Notes: generated by a model not told the origin, from the sequence alone. Numbered from the whole stretch's first letter, positions 19,554 to 31,695 are shown. The stretch: DNA of 59,743 bases, filler included, from Nitrospinae bacterium RIFCSPLOWO2_12_FULL_45_22 (GCA_001803565.1; 3 parts of 3 records of this genome joined end to end with filler, not necessarily neighbours in it), one strand, 5' to 3'. A program made the numbers and translations.

Positions 19554-22500
19554 ATGGAAAAAAGACTTAGAGACTTAATAGAGCTACCATCGGTCAGGAC
19601 TGTTATCCAACTGTCAGACACCTCTGACCCAAAGCTGAAGAAATTAATAGGGGAGAGCTTTGTCCTTACCCAGGAGGTCTATTTTCACTTCCTCACTATA
19701 CTTCAGAGTATCAAGGAAGGGCAAGGGGAGGGGTTTTTCGTCCTGGGGAACTATGGTTCAGGTAAATCCCATTTTCTTAGTATCCTGGATCTCCTCTTGA
19801 GAGAAGAGGGGGTATGGGGATTCCTGGTGGAGCAAAGGCCGGCCCTGCAAGAGTATAGCCAATGGATCCAGCCCGGGGCATATTTAGTAGCCAGTGATAG
19901 TTTAGTAGACTATCAGGCCTGGGAGAGGTTGGAAGATATAATATTGACAAAGATACAAGAGCGTCTCCAGAGGGATTATAACATCAAGGTGGCGTATGAC
20001 TGGACAGAACAATTAAATAAAGACCTCAAACTAATACTAAAAGAGAGGTATCCGAAAGCGCTGGCCTCTTTTTTAAAGAAGATAGGCTGGGAAGATGAAG
20101 AGCCACTATTTGAGCCCAGCAATTACCCGGTATTAGAAAACCTTATCCTGGAACTGAATCTGCCTTATAAGCTACGGCCCAGCCGCCACCAGGTCTTCCA
20201 GCACCTGCAGGCCCTTTTGGAAACCGGCCCGCTTCAGGGGATAGTAATATTGTTGGATGAGCTATCAGAGTTTTTGCGCTCCAAACCTACGGGCCGGGCC
20301 TTTAACGAAGATATTCGCTTCTTGCAATTCCTGGGTGAATGGGCCAACAAACATTCCCTATGGATAATTGCCACCTTACAGGAGCGGATAGAGGATACAG
20401 GTGATATCCCACAAGAGGCCTTCAATAAGATTAAAGACCGCTACCCTAAGACCATTTCCCTTACCGCCAGGCATATAGAAGAGCTGATCCACCAGCGCTT
20501 AATCCGAAAGAAACCCGGGGCAGAGGAGATTATTAATCAGACCTATCAGGATTTTAAGACCGCCTTCTCTACCTGGATGGTTCCTCAAGATAGGTTTTAT
20601 CGCCTCTATCCCGTACATCCCCAGACCCTGAAGTTCCTTGACCAACTAAAACCCCTCTTTTCGCAACATCGGGGTATAGTAGATTTTATTCATTATCAAC
20701 TCCAGGGGGACCCCGGACGACGCATACCGGGTATGCTGGAGCTGCCGTCAGATATACTCTTAACACCAGATAGTATCTTTGATCACTTCCTCCGCCGGAT
20801 CAAAGAGCGGGTAGAAACTAATCCTTACAGCGAGGTGGTCTACAAGTATTATGAGGAGTCGGGGGAAAGTATTTTCCCTGAGCCCGAAGAACGGGCCTTA
20901 GCCCTAAAAATTATCAAGACCCTGATCCTGCAGGCCATATCTCCCTGGAGATACCAGATCAGTTTGCGGGAGCTGGCCGAGACGCTTCTCACAAAAGTTT
21001 CTACCTGGGACTCAGAGGTAAACTACCAGTATATCCGGGATATTTGCGAGAAGCTGTACAAACAAGGCTCCTATATAGGGAAAAAGCCAGGGGCTGGCCC
21101 GCTGGAAGACATTTATTATATAGACCTGGAAGCCGACATAAACCTGATAATAAGGCGTAAGGTAGAATATATTGAAAAAGGTCTCGAGCCAGGGGACTCC
21201 CGGATATTCTATCGCCTGGCCCATTATTTAGATTCTCCACAACTGCCCCTGGCATGGCTCCACCGGGAAGGGAAGGGCAAACGGGAGATAAAATGGCAGA
21301 ATACCCCCCGCTGGGGTTATCTGATATTATCCGATCTCAGAGAAAATTCTTTAGACCTTATAGCCTCTCTGATAGAGGAATTTAATAATACTGAACTGGA
21401 CTTTGTCCTTTTCCTGGCCACTCCTTTTCAACTAAGGGCTCAGCAAGAATATCTCCTGGAAACTCTCCTCCCCTATCTCCGTTCTCATGGCCCGGAGGAT
21501 ACTTCCCAACATATCCCCTTGATCTTCTGGCTCCCCGGCCCGGTAGAAGATGAAAAAGCCTTACGACGGGCTTATGCCCACTCCATATTACTGGAAGAGA
21601 GCAAAAAAGACTCTACCCAGCTAGGACAACGCCTCCATAGCCATCTGGAAGCTATTATGGCCGATGATAAGCGGGTAGTTAAAGAGGTTTTTACTGTGGC
21701 TTATTATGACGGTACTTTAATCTCTAACCTAATGGAGCAGGAGCGTTCTTTAGGGGAGATTGGGCAGTTGTCCTTTGATCGCAGCCTGCAAGAGATCATC
21801 CCGCCGGTCCTGGCCCAACGCTTCCCCAGGCATCAGCAGCTTGCCCCTTATACCGATATTTACTTGAGAGGCACAGCCCAGGAATTAATTAGCTCTTTCT
21901 TAAAACCCGGTCAGATTGTCTTCCCTAAAGGTACGAGCACCAGCCTTAAATTACTTATTGAAAGCTATCTAAGACCCCTTAAAATTATCAAAAATATCCC
22001 TAATGGCTTCCATCTGGCAGTGGATCCCAGAAAGAGCTCCATAGTAGCCTATTATTTACAGAGCTTAGAGGAGGGACGAGTAGACTTGAAAACCCTTTAT
22101 TGGCGGCTACGAAAAAGCCCATATGGAATAAGCTTTGATCAATTTCAACTCCTGACCCTAGCCCTCATCTTCAGTGGCCAGATCATACCTTATAGCCAGG
22201 GTAAGCGCAAACCCCTGGAAGAGATCACCACCCTGGACCTGGCTAATATCTCCGAGATCGGCCCGGGAGAGCTTTTATCTGCCACCCAGCAAAAGTCTCT
22301 TCAGCTTATCCCCCTTATACCACCGCAGTTAAAGAAAGAACCCCTTACTATCCAGCAACAACAGGCCATCTGGGAATATTTGAGACAGTTTAAAGAAGAG
22401 AGACTCAATGAGCTGAACCGCCTGAGGACGATTTTCGAGCACGCCCAGCAATATCCGGCAGGAAGTGGTCTGGATTGGGCAATGATAAATGAAGAGATAG

Positions 22501-23453
22501 GAAAAATGTCCCAATTTCTGGAAGCAATAGAGCCTTCTTATTCGTCGAAAGAAGGGCTGGAAAGGTTTTTGGAGAGCTACCAGCAATATCCCCTGATCGG
22601 GAGCGTTTTGCAGCAATACCAGACTATCAAAAACTTCTTTTTTAATTACCTGGATAAATATTTCCTCATTTCCCGCTACTTGCAGGAAAGGGGCTGGAGT
22701 CTACCTTCGGAGGAGAGATATCAGGCCCTTGCCGCGCAGCGGGAGGGTTTGATAGAGCGGTTAAGAGAGTCCGATAAGGTCTTCGATGAAGAATATCTGG
22801 AGGCGCTTTTTCAGGCCTTCGAACCCTTTAAAGAAAACTATATTACCTTATATCAGGAGGGGCACCGTAAGTACTGCTCTCCAGAACGATTCACTGCCTA
22901 CCATCAACTCCGTAAATCTCCTGATTATCGGCTGCTGAGTCTGTTGGCCCAAATAGAGCCTATCTCGGTAAAAGACGATCTGGTAAAGGTAGAGCGGCAG
23001 TTGGCCAGGATTGATCAATACCAGTGCCCGGGGCCCGACCCCCAGGTCTTGCAGCACCAACCCTTCTGTCTATGCGGTTACCAGTTAGGCCAGTCTCTAG
23101 ATTTAGCCCCGGTAGCGGAACTAGAAGCTATTATCCAAAAAGGGATAAGGGAATATGTCCAGACCCTCCAGGAACCTATGTATTGCCAGAAGATAATGGA
23201 TCATATAGCTGATTTGGAAGTAATAGGCGACAACCAGGTAGCTGATGTTTTAAAGAAGGTGCTGGAGATCAAGCTGGACGATCCGGGCCAGGAGACAGGA
23301 TTAGCTAACCTAATATCGCCCCGGGCAATCCAGAGTATTAATGAGGCTCTAAAGGGCCACCCACAGCCAGTAGTGGCCCGTGACCTCGATGAGCTTTATG
23401 AAAACCTGGTAGAGAGAACCTTTTCCAGAAAGAACCTTTTAAAAATCTTTAAT
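19554..23453 (+). CDS. Large P-loop ATPase, BrxC/PglY-like (DUF6079-like), 3' end lost at contig break
   Basis: Walker A GNYGSGKS, Walker B IVILLDE, YPVHP motif, long helical region, C-terminal C...CLC cluster; about 1300 aa without a stop before the gap. Confidence 0.7.
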
Positions 23454-23553
23454 NNNNNNNNNNNNNNNNNNNNNNNNNNNNNNNNNNNNNNNNNNNNTTA
23501 ATTAATTAANNNNNNNNNNNNNNNNNNNNNNNNNNNNNNNNNNNNNNNNNNNN
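23454..23553. other. Artificial contig-joining linker
   Basis: 44 N + TTAATTAATTAA (stops in all six frames) + 44 N. Confidence 0.98.
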
Positions 23554-23656
23554 AGTATACCATAAAGGAAAGATAGGGGTCAATGAGCAGGAAATTCCGG
23601 TAAAAAATCTCCTTGACATCCCTTAGTCTTACTTATAAAGTGTAATAAAAAATGAA

Positions 23657-23841
23657 GTAACAGTTTAGCCAAATAAAGTTTTATAAATATTTGCCACAGA
23701 TACTACGCGAAACGTAAAGCGTAGAGTGTAAAGCTTAAAACTGAGGTAATTTATTCCTTAGTTTTGCACTTTGTGCTTTAAGCCTTACACTTTCTGTAAG
23801 GCCATCCGTGGCTAAAGTTCTAATTTTGGCTAAACAGTTAC
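23657..23841. mobile_element. MITE-like element with 17-bp TIRs and 8-bp target duplication, containing two further nested palindromes
   Basis: GTAACAGTTTAGCCAAA / TTTGGCTAAACAGTTAC (16/17 match), flanked by AAAATGAA at 23649-23656 and 23842-23849. Confidence 0.85.
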
Positions 23842-23860
23842 AAAATGAAGGGTTATTAAT

Positions 23861-24502
23861 ATGGGCCGGGAAGTAACGGATAATGGATTAATCTTGAGGA
23901 TATTGCCTCTGGGTATATACCAGGTAAATAGTTATCTCCTGATCTGTAAAGATACCAAAGAAGCTGTCCTGGTAGACCCGGGAGAGGCGGCCGCTGAGAT
24001 CCTGAAGGCCGGCGCTGGATTCTCGATAAAATTTATCCTTATTACCCATGGCCATTTCGATCATGTCCAGGCCCTCTCCCAGGTTAAAAAGACCCTCAAG
24101 ATCCCAGTAGCCGCCCATCCTTTAGATCAAAGCCGCATTCCAGTCCCGATTGACTACCCATTAGCTGAAGGGGACAATTTGAGCTTTGGTAAGTTAAAAG
24201 GGAGAGTGTTTCATACCCCGGGGCATACCCCAGGGAGCATCTGCCTCCTGGTAAACAAGACCCTTATTGCAGGCGATACCCTATTCCCGGGGGGGCCGGG
24301 CAAGACCGGTAGCCCTGATGCCTTTCAACAAATTGTCCGGGGCATAGAAGAGAAGATTTATACCCTGACGGATGATACGGTTGTCTATCCAGGGCATGGA
24401 CAAGAAACCACCATTGGTCAATCCCGGAAGGAATATAAAGTCTTTTGCCAAAAGACGCATCCCAAGCCGGTATGTGGCGATGTCTTATGGCTCTCTCCCT
24501 AG
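23861..24502 (+). CDS. MBL-fold metallo-hydrolase (glyoxalase II-like)
   Basis: THGHFDH, HTPGHTPG, AGDTLF, PGHG. Confidence 0.92.
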   Translation: MGREVTDNGLILRILPLGIYQVNSYLLICKDTKEAVLVDPGEAAAEILKAGAGFSIKFILITHGHFDHVQALSQVKKTLKIPVAAHPLDQSRIPVPIDYPLAEGDNLSFGKLKGRVFHTPGHTPGSICLLVNKTLIAGDTLFPGGPGKTGSPDAFQQIVRGIEEKIYTLTDDTVVYPGHGQETTIGQSRKEYKVFCQKTHPKPVCGDVLWLSP

Positions 24503-24627
24503 GGACAAACTAGCGGGACTGAGAATATGCCGCTTTATCGCTAATTAGTTTTTCTTAACCCCGCACTTTTATATCTATACCCTCAAGCCCTGCCCTAAGC
24601 TATCCATTAGGGGGGAGGGGATGTTTT

Positions 24628-24861
24628 ATGGCCATCTCAGCATATGTATTTATTGAGGCTTGTCCAGGTAAAGCCCAGGAAGCCAGAAATGGTATAACTA
24701 GAATCTCAGGGGTTAAGGAGGCCCATCTGGTAACTGGCCCCTACGATATTGTGGTATTAGTAGAGGCGCCAGATATAAAGTCCCTGGGAACATTAGTGAT
24801 CAGTCAAATCCAGGCAGTGGGAGGGGTGAATAAAACCCTAACCAGTGTAGTGGCGGAATAG
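24628..24861 (+). CDS. Stand-alone Lrp/AsnC ligand-binding (RAM) domain protein
   Basis: AYVFIE...VTGPYDIVVLVE...GVNKTLT pattern; no HTH. Confidence 0.85.
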   Translation: MAISAYVFIEACPGKAQEARNGITRISGVKEAHLVTGPYDIVVLVEAPDIKSLGTLVISQIQAVGGVNKTLTSVVAE

Positions 24862-24882
24862 AGTGAAGGCTTTGGGCAGGAC

Positions 24883-25893
24883 TTGAGGGGAAAGGTTATG
24901 GAAGAAGAGTTAATCCAAAGAGGTATTCACTTAATCCCAGTTTACTCTCCTTTTCCTCTAGGGAGTATCAATGCCTACCTTTTAGCTCATGAGCCCCTAA
25001 CTCTCATTGATTGCGGGCCTAACCTGCCTCAATCGCTCTCCAGCTTAGAAAATGGTCTGGCTGAGGCAGGTTTCTCTCTGGGAGATATCCAGCGGGTCAT
25101 AATAACCCATGAGCACCCGGATCATTATGGCCTGGTCAGGACCGTGGTAGAAAGCTCCGGGGCAAAGGTCTATTGTCATTACCGGATCAAAGCCATGATA
25201 GAGGATTTCTCATCCCAGCGAGAAAAGCGCCGGGAGGCATATCTGAGCTTCTTGGAAGAATCCGGGGTCCCAGAAACAGCAATAGAGTATGTCCGGAAAG
25301 ATACTGAAAAACCTGCGGGGCTAAGGAGTGAGACTGCCGTAGACGTCCCTTTACAGGATGGTGATATTATTCCCTGCAACAAGGCATCTCTCCAAGTCTT
25401 CCATACCCCAGGCCATTCCCTGGGCAGTATCTGCCTCTATTGCGAGCAGGAGCAAATCCTTTTTACTGGAGATCATCTTCTCAAGACTATAACCTCCAAC
25501 CCCATGATTGAAATACCTGTCGGAGACTCCCAGGGTGATTATACCAGTCTAATAGATTATCTTGTCTCGTTAGAGAAGATCAGACAACTAGATATAACCC
25601 TGGCCTTACCGGCTCATGGGGACCTTATCTCTGATCATCGCCAACTGATAGATAGCTTGATAAACCACCACCAGCAAAGGAAAGATCAGATTACCCAACT
25701 GATATCTCAGGAAGAATTAACCGCCTATGAGATATCCCGAAAACTATTTGGGGATTTGCATCCCTTAGCGGTATTTCTCGGTATCTCGGAAGTGCTGGCC
25801 CACCTGGAACTATTACAACGGGAACAAAAGCTCTATTCAGCAAAAAAGGGCGCCATTACTTATTACCGCTTATTATCTAAATTGATTCCATAG
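24883..25893 (+). CDS. MBL-fold metallo-hydrolase with C-terminal winged-helix-like extension
   Basis: THEHPDHYG, HTPGHSLG, TGDHLL, LPAHG; C-terminal TAYEISRKLF...EVLAHLELL. Confidence 0.88.
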   Translation: MRGKVMEEELIQRGIHLIPVYSPFPLGSINAYLLAHEPLTLIDCGPNLPQSLSSLENGLAEAGFSLGDIQRVIITHEHPDHYGLVRTVVESSGAKVYCHYRIKAMIEDFSSQREKRREAYLSFLEESGVPETAIEYVRKDTEKPAGLRSETAVDVPLQDGDIIPCNKASLQVFHTPGHSLGSICLYCEQEQILFTGDHLLKTITSNPMIEIPVGDSQGDYTSLIDYLVSLEKIRQLDITLALPAHGDLISDHRQLIDSLINHHQQRKDQITQLISQEELTAYEISRKLFGDLHPLAVFLGISEVLAHLELLQREQKLYSAKKGAITYYRLLSKLIP

Positions 25894-25906
25894 GAATTTC
25901 CATTTT

Positions 25907-26057
25907 GGACGCAGATGGACGCAGATTATCCTGCTTGGGAATACAGAAGTCAGAATTCAGAAGTCAGTATGAACGGGACAAACAACTTCTCTTCTGCATT
26001 CTGACTCCTGACTACTGAATTCTAGTTATCTGCGCAAATCAGCGGAAATCTGCGTCC
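25907..26057. repeat. Composite nested palindromic element, copy A
   Basis: GGACGCAGATGGACGCAGAT...ATCTGCGCAAATCAGCGGAAATCTGCGTCC shell around CAGAAGT/CTGACTC heptamer hairpin; near-identical inverted copy at 33805-33958. Confidence 0.85.
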
Positions 26058-26078
26058 TATTATAGTATAGTAAGGAAT

Positions 26079-26807
26079 ATGGAGATTATTCCCGCAGTTG
26101 ATATAAAAGGGGGCAAATGCGTGCGCTTGAGGCAGGGAGAGCGTTTCCAGGAGATAATTTATGCCGAGAACCCGGTCTTGATGGCGCAAAGGTGGGAAGA
26201 TATAGGGGCTAAGCTCCTGCATATTGTAGACCTCGATGGGGCCTGGGCGGGTAAGCCCCAGAATCTCTCTGTTATTCAAGGGATCATGTCGGCCGTAAAT
26301 ATACCGCTGCAGGTAGGAGGAGGTATCAGAGATTCCCTGGCGATAGAAAGATATTTAGACCTGGGTATTGAAAGAGTTATCCTTGGCTCTAGTGCCTTAA
26401 AAAATCCCCACTTTGTAGAAGAATCCTGCGAGAGGTACCCAGACAAGATCCTTTTGGGCATTGATACTAGAAAAGGCTATGTGGCCTATGATGGTTGGGA
26501 AAGGGTTTCAGAAAGGAAGGCCATTGATGTAGCGCGACAATTTCAAGGGTTAAGTTTAAGGGCCTTTATTTTCACTGATATCTATCGAGATGGGATGCTA
26601 AAAGGCCCTAATATCGAAGCTATAGAGGAATTTGCCAGGGAAGTGAATAAACCCATCCTGGCGGCTGGTGGGATAAAGAATTTAGAAGATATCCTGAGGC
26701 TCATGAGGTTAGAAGGTCTTGGGTTGGAAGGAATTATAATCGGGCGGGCCTTATATGAAGGCACCCTGGATTTAAAAGAAGCCCTGGAGAAAATTAATGT
26801 TAGCTAA
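26079..26807 (+). CDS. hisA: ProFAR isomerase HisA
   Basis: [31 protein letters not shown]. Confidence 0.97.
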   Translation: MEIIPAVDIKGGKCVRLRQGERFQEIIYAENPVLMAQRWEDIGAKLLHIVDLDGAWAGKPQNLSVIQGIMSAVNIPLQVGGGIRDSLAIERYLDLGIERVILGSSALKNPHFVEESCERYPDKILLGIDTRKGYVAYDGWERVSERKAIDVARQFQGLSLRAFIFTDIYRDGMLKGPNIEAIEEFAREVNKPILAAGGIKNLEDILRLMRLEGLGLEGIIIGRALYEGTLDLKEALEKINVS

Positions 26808-27552
26808 ACGGATAATACCATGTTTAGACGTGAAAGATGGTAAGGTAGTAAAGGGGGTGAATTTCCTTAATCTGAGGGATGCTGGTGATCCAGTGGAAGC
26901 GGCGGCATATTATGATGGGCAGGGCGCTGATGAATTGACTTTTTTGGATATTACGGCTTCCCATGAAAACCGGCGGTTCATACTGGAAGTGATTGAAAGA
27001 ACAGCCGAGAAGGTCTTTATGCCCTTGACAGTAGGTGGTGGTGTGAGGGGATCAGAGGATATCCGGCTACTTTTGAAGGCCGGGGCGGATAAAGTAACTA
27101 TCAATACTGCTGCAATAAAAAACCCGCAGTTCTTAGCTCAAGCGGCCGAGCGCTTTGGCAGCCAATGCATTGTATGTGCTATTGATGCCAAGAGGAGGGG
27201 AGAAGGCTGGGAGGTTTATACCCATGGCGGTAGGATACCTACCGGCGTAGATGCCTTAGCCTGGGCTAAGCAGGTGGAAGCGCTTGGAGCAGGCGAGATG
27301 CTCCTTACCAGCATGGATCGGGATGGGACTAAACTGGGTTATGACCTGGAACTTTTGAGTCGGGTCTCGCAACTAGTATCTATACCGGTTATTGCTTCTG
27401 GTGGAGCGGGTACTCTAGAACACCTTTACCAGGGTCTGACTCAGGGGAAGGCCGATGCGGTATTAGTAGCCTCTATCTTCCACTACAAGGAATATACTAT
27501 CCCTCTTGCTAAGGAGTATCTAAAAGAAAGGGGAGTAGCAGTAAGGTTGTAA
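26797..27552 (+). CDS. hisF: Imidazole glycerol phosphate synthase subunit HisF
   Basis: [27 protein letters not shown]. Confidence 0.98.
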   Translation: MLAKRIIPCLDVKDGKVVKGVNFLNLRDAGDPVEAAAYYDGQGADELTFLDITASHENRRFILEVIERTAEKVFMPLTVGGGVRGSEDIRLLLKAGADKVTINTAAIKNPQFLAQAAERFGSQCIVCAIDAKRRGEGWEVYTHGGRIPTGVDALAWAKQVEALGAGEMLLTSMDRDGTKLGYDLELLSRVSQLVSIPVIASGGAGTLEHLYQGLTQGKADAVLVASIFHYKEYTIPLAKEYLKERGVAVRL

Positions 27553-27589
27553 TCCCAGCCCGCAATACATCATTTTTTATTACCCTCCC

Positions 27590-27617
27590 TTGACAACTAT
27601 TCTAAAGAAAATATAAT
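27590..27617 (+). promoter_or_regulatory. Sigma70 promoter of rpsU-dnaG-rpoD
   Basis: TTGACA-16 nt-TATAAT, both hexamers perfect. Confidence 0.75.
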
Positions 27618-27696
27618 TAGGACATTTAGGTTTTTAAACGCCGGAGAAAAACAATACTAAGGAGGAGAGAATATATGATTGCGGAGGGGGGGGTAC

Positions 27697-27885
27697 ATGC
27701 CAGGCATCAAGATTAGGGAGAATGAACCCTTTGAAACTGCCTTAAGAAGGTTTAAAAAGCAGTGTGAACGATCTGGCGTTTTAGCTGAAGTCCGGAAACG
27801 AGAACATTATGAAAAGCCAAGTACCAAACGTAAGCGAAAGCTCTTGGTAGCCAAGAAAAAGACTAATCGCTTACCGCGTTACTAG
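27697..27885 (+). CDS. rpsU: 30S ribosomal protein S21
   Basis: [14 protein letters not shown]...[11 protein letters not shown] at 27697. Confidence 0.96.
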   Translation: MPGIKIRENEPFETALRRFKKQCERSGVLAEVRKREHYEKPSTKRKRKLLVAKKKTNRLPRY

Positions 27886-28032
27886 GAATTTCTTCCTTAT
27901 TATCCCCTTAATCTGTTTAATCTTTCTTTTTTCCTGGGAAGGAAACATCCCGGTTCAAAAACCTTAACCGCTATCCCTTAAATATCTCAAAAAAGAGGTT
28001 AGTGATGGATGGGGATGGCCTGGAGGAGGGTC

Positions 28033-29811
28033 TTGACCAGGGTAATCGAAGATAGACTCCTTGATGAAATAAGGCAAAGAAGTAATATCGTAGAAATTAT
28101 TTCAGGCTACGTTACCCCACAACCTAGTGGAAGAAATTATAAAGCCCTATGTCCTTTCCATAGCGAAAAAACCCCATCCTTAATCATAAATCCAGAGCGA
28201 GAGATTTTCCATTGCTTCGGCTGTGGAGCAGGAGGCAATGTCTTCAATTTTATTATGAAAATAGAGCGTCTCTCTTTCCCGGAAACGGTAAAATTTTTAG
28301 CAGAAAAACAGGGTATTAAATTACCTCAATTTAGCCCACCAAGGGTAGACGAAGGTAAAAGAGAGAGGTTTTATACTATTAACCAACTAGCAGTTGATTT
28401 CTTCAAGAGGCAATTATGGAGTTCCCCGGGAGGAGAAAAAGGCAGGGCATATTTGCAAGGACGAGGGCTTACTACCGATACTATAAAGCTATTCCAGTTG
28501 GGTTATGCAGGAGAAGGATGGGATAATTTCACGAAACACATTACCCGGCAGGGTATTCCCTTAGAGATGGCTGTGGGAGCCGGACTAATCAACAAATCCG
28601 ATGGCGATAGATATTATGATTTATTTCGCAATCGGGTTATTTTCCCTATATCCGACATCACTGGCAGGTTTATTGGCTTTGGCGGGCGATGGATTGGTGA
28701 TGCCGAAGCGAAATATCCTAAATATATAAATTCTCCTGAGACCTTGATTTATAAAAAAAGTAATAACCTTTATGGCTTAAATTTGGCTAGAGAGGCTATC
28801 AGGAAGGAGGGGCATGTCTTTGTAGTAGAAGGTTATTTTGATCTGATTACCCTGGTCCAAAATAGCATATCTAACGTGGTAGCCAGTCTAGGAACGGCCC
28901 TCACTCAGGAGCAGTTAAAGATTTTAAGGCGATATACTAATAATGTAATCCTGGTATTTGATGGTGATACTGCCGGGAGAGCGGCAATAGTAAAAAAGGC
29001 GGAGTCTATTTTAGAGAGTAATTTATGGGTGAAAGTCTTACCCTTACCCTCCGGAGACGATCCTGATTCTTTTATGAGGAGGTATGGCCAGGAAACTTTT
29101 TTGGCCGAAAAGGACAAGGCCTTGCCTTATATGGAATATTTAATTAATATTATCCTGGAAGAAAAAGGCTATTCCTCCTTAGAACGAAAGCTTGGATCGC
29201 TAGATACTTTGCTGCCTTTGCTGAGCAAAGTAACCAATCAAGTGGAACAGATGGCCTACCTCTCTTGCATAGCTGATAAGATCAAAATACCACCAACAAC
29301 CTTATTGGCAGAACTAAAGAAAAGGACCCTAAAACCCCAGGTTGCTAAGGGGAGTCAGAACAATATTGTTTCCGGGACGTTAAAGCCAGATAAACAAGTC
29401 TATGCTGAGCAGGAATTGATTCTATTAGCCTTAAAAGATGAGGAGATGTTATCTCGGATACACCAAGCCCTTTGCCCAGATAACTTCAAAGATCCGGACA
29501 TGCGCGAGATTATCCTGGCATTACTAAAAGGTTTTCAGGAAGGGCATCGAAAACAAAAGCTATGGAATAATGCTATGGAAGCTTTACTACTGGAGAGACA
29601 GAAGTCTTTACTCTCCCAGTTCCTGATTGATGACAGAGAGTATGATGATAAAGAGAAGGCATTAGAGGATTGCCTTAAGATAATTAACCAACGAGGGTTA
29701 TCCAGAGCTAATGCCACGGTACTAGAAAATGTTTATCGGGAGGCGATTCTTAGCGAGCAGTATGATAAGTATGACGAATTACAGAGAAAATATATAGAGC
29801 ACTTTCGTTAA
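28033..29811 (+). CDS. dnaG: DNA primase
   Basis: CPFHSEKTPS...CFGC zinc finger, KYINSPET, VEGYFD, FDGDTAG; TTG start at 28033 after GGAGGAGG. Confidence 0.98.
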   Translation: MTRVIEDRLLDEIRQRSNIVEIISGYVTPQPSGRNYKALCPFHSEKTPSLIINPEREIFHCFGCGAGGNVFNFIMKIERLSFPETVKFLAEKQGIKLPQFSPPRVDEGKRERFYTINQLAVDFFKRQLWSSPGGEKGRAYLQGRGLTTDTIKLFQLGYAGEGWDNFTKHITRQGIPLEMAVGAGLINKSDGDRYYDLFRNRVIFPISDITGRFIGFGGRWIGDAEAKYPKYINSPETLIYKKSNNLYGLNLAREAIRKEGHVFVVEGYFDLITLVQNSISNVVASLGTALTQEQLKILRRYTNNVILVFDGDTAGRAAIVKKAESILESNLWVKVLPLPSGDDPDSFMRRYGQETFLAEKDKALPYMEYLINIILEEKGYSSLERKLGSLDTLLPLLSKVTNQVEQMAYLSCIADKIKIPPTTLLAELKKRTLKPQVAKGSQNNIVSGTLKPDKQVYAEQELILLALKDEEMLSRIHQALCPDNFKDPDMREIILALLKGFQEGHRKQKLWNNAMEALLLERQKSLLSQFLIDDREYDDKEKALEDCLKIINQRGLSRANATVLENVYREAILSEQYDKYDELQRKYIEHFR

Positions 29812-29826
29812 GAGGAGTTAAGGCCT

Positions 29827-31608
29827 ATGGGGAGAAGAGGGGAAAATAAACAATTTAACCGATTAATACTCTCAAAAAAGGCCATGGGGGAGTTGACCTA
29901 TGTTACTGGGAAAGACTTTCTGCCTCATGATCCAGTATCATCTAAACAGATGGATGATATTATAATGTTCTTAAATGCTGAAGATATAAGCATACTTGAT
30001 GGGCAAGAGGAGAGGAGAGACGGTCTTCCGCGAGAGAAAGAAAAGGGAAAAATTACCCTCCAAAATGACAAGATGCGGTCTCTGTATGGGGAGGAAGGGG
30101 ATGGAAAGACGGATGACCCAGTAAGAATGTATTTAAGAGAGATGGGTTCTATCCCTTTGCTTAGCCGCACCGGAGAAATAGAAATAGCCAAGAAGATAGA
30201 AGAGGGGAAAAGTCAAATTATCCAGGCGATTATTGATACACCAATTACTACTAGAGAGATATGCCTGCTAGTGGAAAATATGAAGACCAATCAGATAGAG
30301 ATAAGGGATTTTCTTGCCTTAGAAGAGATGGACGAGGATAGTAAGGAGAGGCGAGAAGAGGCATTTCAAAACGTCGGGCGGAGCAAGCTCTTGAAGGTTA
30401 TAAAAAAGATAGAATCCGAAAATAAGAAATTAGAATTGATTAAAAAAGAACTGGAGAGAGGGAACCTCTCTGCTCCAAAGAGGGAGGAATTCCTCACTAC
30501 GCAAAACAAGATAATAACTAAGATTACTAAATTGCTTAAGAACTTGAGCCTAAATCAAGCCCTGATAGCGCGGGTAATACAGAAAATTGATGGGATGGTA
30601 AAAAAGATTGAGATGTACGAGAAGGAAATTGCCCCCTGCCAACAGGCGCTCGGCCTAAAATTGGAGGAATTGCCTAAGGTTATCCGCCAGATGAAGAAGA
30701 GCATTGGCGTCCGCAGGGCTCTCCAGCGGAAGATCGGATGGTCATTAGGGGACCTTTTAGAATTTGAGAGGCAGATTCGGAATAATAAGCGGAAAATTAA
30801 GCGTATTGAAGCCGAAGCTGATGAATCTAAAGAAAAACTCCTGGAGAGGCTGGAACAGATTAATGAGGGCCGTTTAAAAGATAAACAGGCAAAGAAAGAA
30901 TTAGCCGAGGCAAATCTCCGCCTGGTAGTTAGTATAGCAAAAAAGTATATCAACCGTGGGTTGCAATTTTTGGATCTTATCCAAGAAGGTAATATGGGGC
31001 TAATGAAAGCGGTGGAGAAATTTGAATATAAACGGGGATACAAATTCAGCACCTATGCTACCTGGTGGATAAGGCAAGCCATTACCCGGGCTATTGCCGA
31101 TCAAGCCCGCACTATCCGGATCCCGGTTCATATGATAGAAACTATTAACAAACTCGTTAGGGCAGCCCGCCAGTTGGTGCAGGAAATGGGCCGGGAACCT
31201 ACACCCGAAGAGCTGGCAAAAAAAATGGACCTGCCCATAGATAAAGTACGAGTAATACTTAAGATTGCCAAAGAGCCTATCTCGCTTGAGACACCTATCG
31301 GCGAGGAAGGGGATAGTCACCTGTGGGATTTCATTGAGGACAAGAAGATTATAGGGCCTATAGATTCCGTGGTAAAAGCAAATCTGCAAGAGCAGGCCGC
31401 TAAGGTTCTTCAGTCTCTGACCCCCAGAGAGGAAAAGGTTTTAAGAAAACGCTTCGGAATAGGTATAGATTCCGAGCATACTTTAGAGGAAGTAGGTCAG
31501 GACTTCGATGTCACCCGGGAAAGGATCAGGCAGATTGAGGCAAAGGCGTTACGTAAGTTACGCCATCCCAGCCGGAGTAAGAGGCTCAGGAGTTTTGTAG
31601 AGGCTTAA
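29827..31608 (+). CDS. rpoD: RNA polymerase sigma factor RpoD
   Basis: [47 protein letters not shown]. Confidence 0.99.
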   Translation: MGRRGENKQFNRLILSKKAMGELTYVTGKDFLPHDPVSSKQMDDIIMFLNAEDISILDGQEERRDGLPREKEKGKITLQNDKMRSLYGEEGDGKTDDPVRMYLREMGSIPLLSRTGEIEIAKKIEEGKSQIIQAIIDTPITTREICLLVENMKTNQIEIRDFLALEEMDEDSKERREEAFQNVGRSKLLKVIKKIESENKKLELIKKELERGNLSAPKREEFLTTQNKIITKITKLLKNLSLNQALIARVIQKIDGMVKKIEMYEKEIAPCQQALGLKLEELPKVIRQMKKSIGVRRALQRKIGWSLGDLLEFERQIRNNKRKIKRIEAEADESKEKLLERLEQINEGRLKDKQAKKELAEANLRLVVSIAKKYINRGLQFLDLIQEGNMGLMKAVEKFEYKRGYKFSTYATWWIRQAITRAIADQARTIRIPVHMIETINKLVRAARQLVQEMGREPTPEELAKKMDLPIDKVRVILKIAKEPISLETPIGEEGDSHLWDFIEDKKIIGPIDSVVKANLQEQAAKVLQSLTPREEKVLRKRFGIGIDSEHTLEEVGQDFDVTRERIRQIEAKALRKLRHPSRSKRLRSFVEA

Positions 31609-31616
31609 ATTATCAG

Positions 31617-31683
31617 AGTATCAGTTGTTAGTGTCAGTGTCAGATAAGCAGATAGGTTTTTTCTGACACTAACAACTGATACT
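31617..31683. repeat. Perfect 21-bp inverted repeat between rpoD and tRNA
   Basis: AGTATCAGTTGTTAGTGTCAG (31617-31637) / CTGACACTAACAACTGATACT (31663-31683), built from short CAGTGT-like units. Confidence 0.8.
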
Positions 31684-31695
31684 GTTAACTAACAC

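Noticed and set aside
23454-23553. TTAATTAATTAA palindrome repeated at 23498 and 48688
   Set aside because: Synthetic six-frame-stop linker between contigs; the apparent stop of the large ATPase is also artificial
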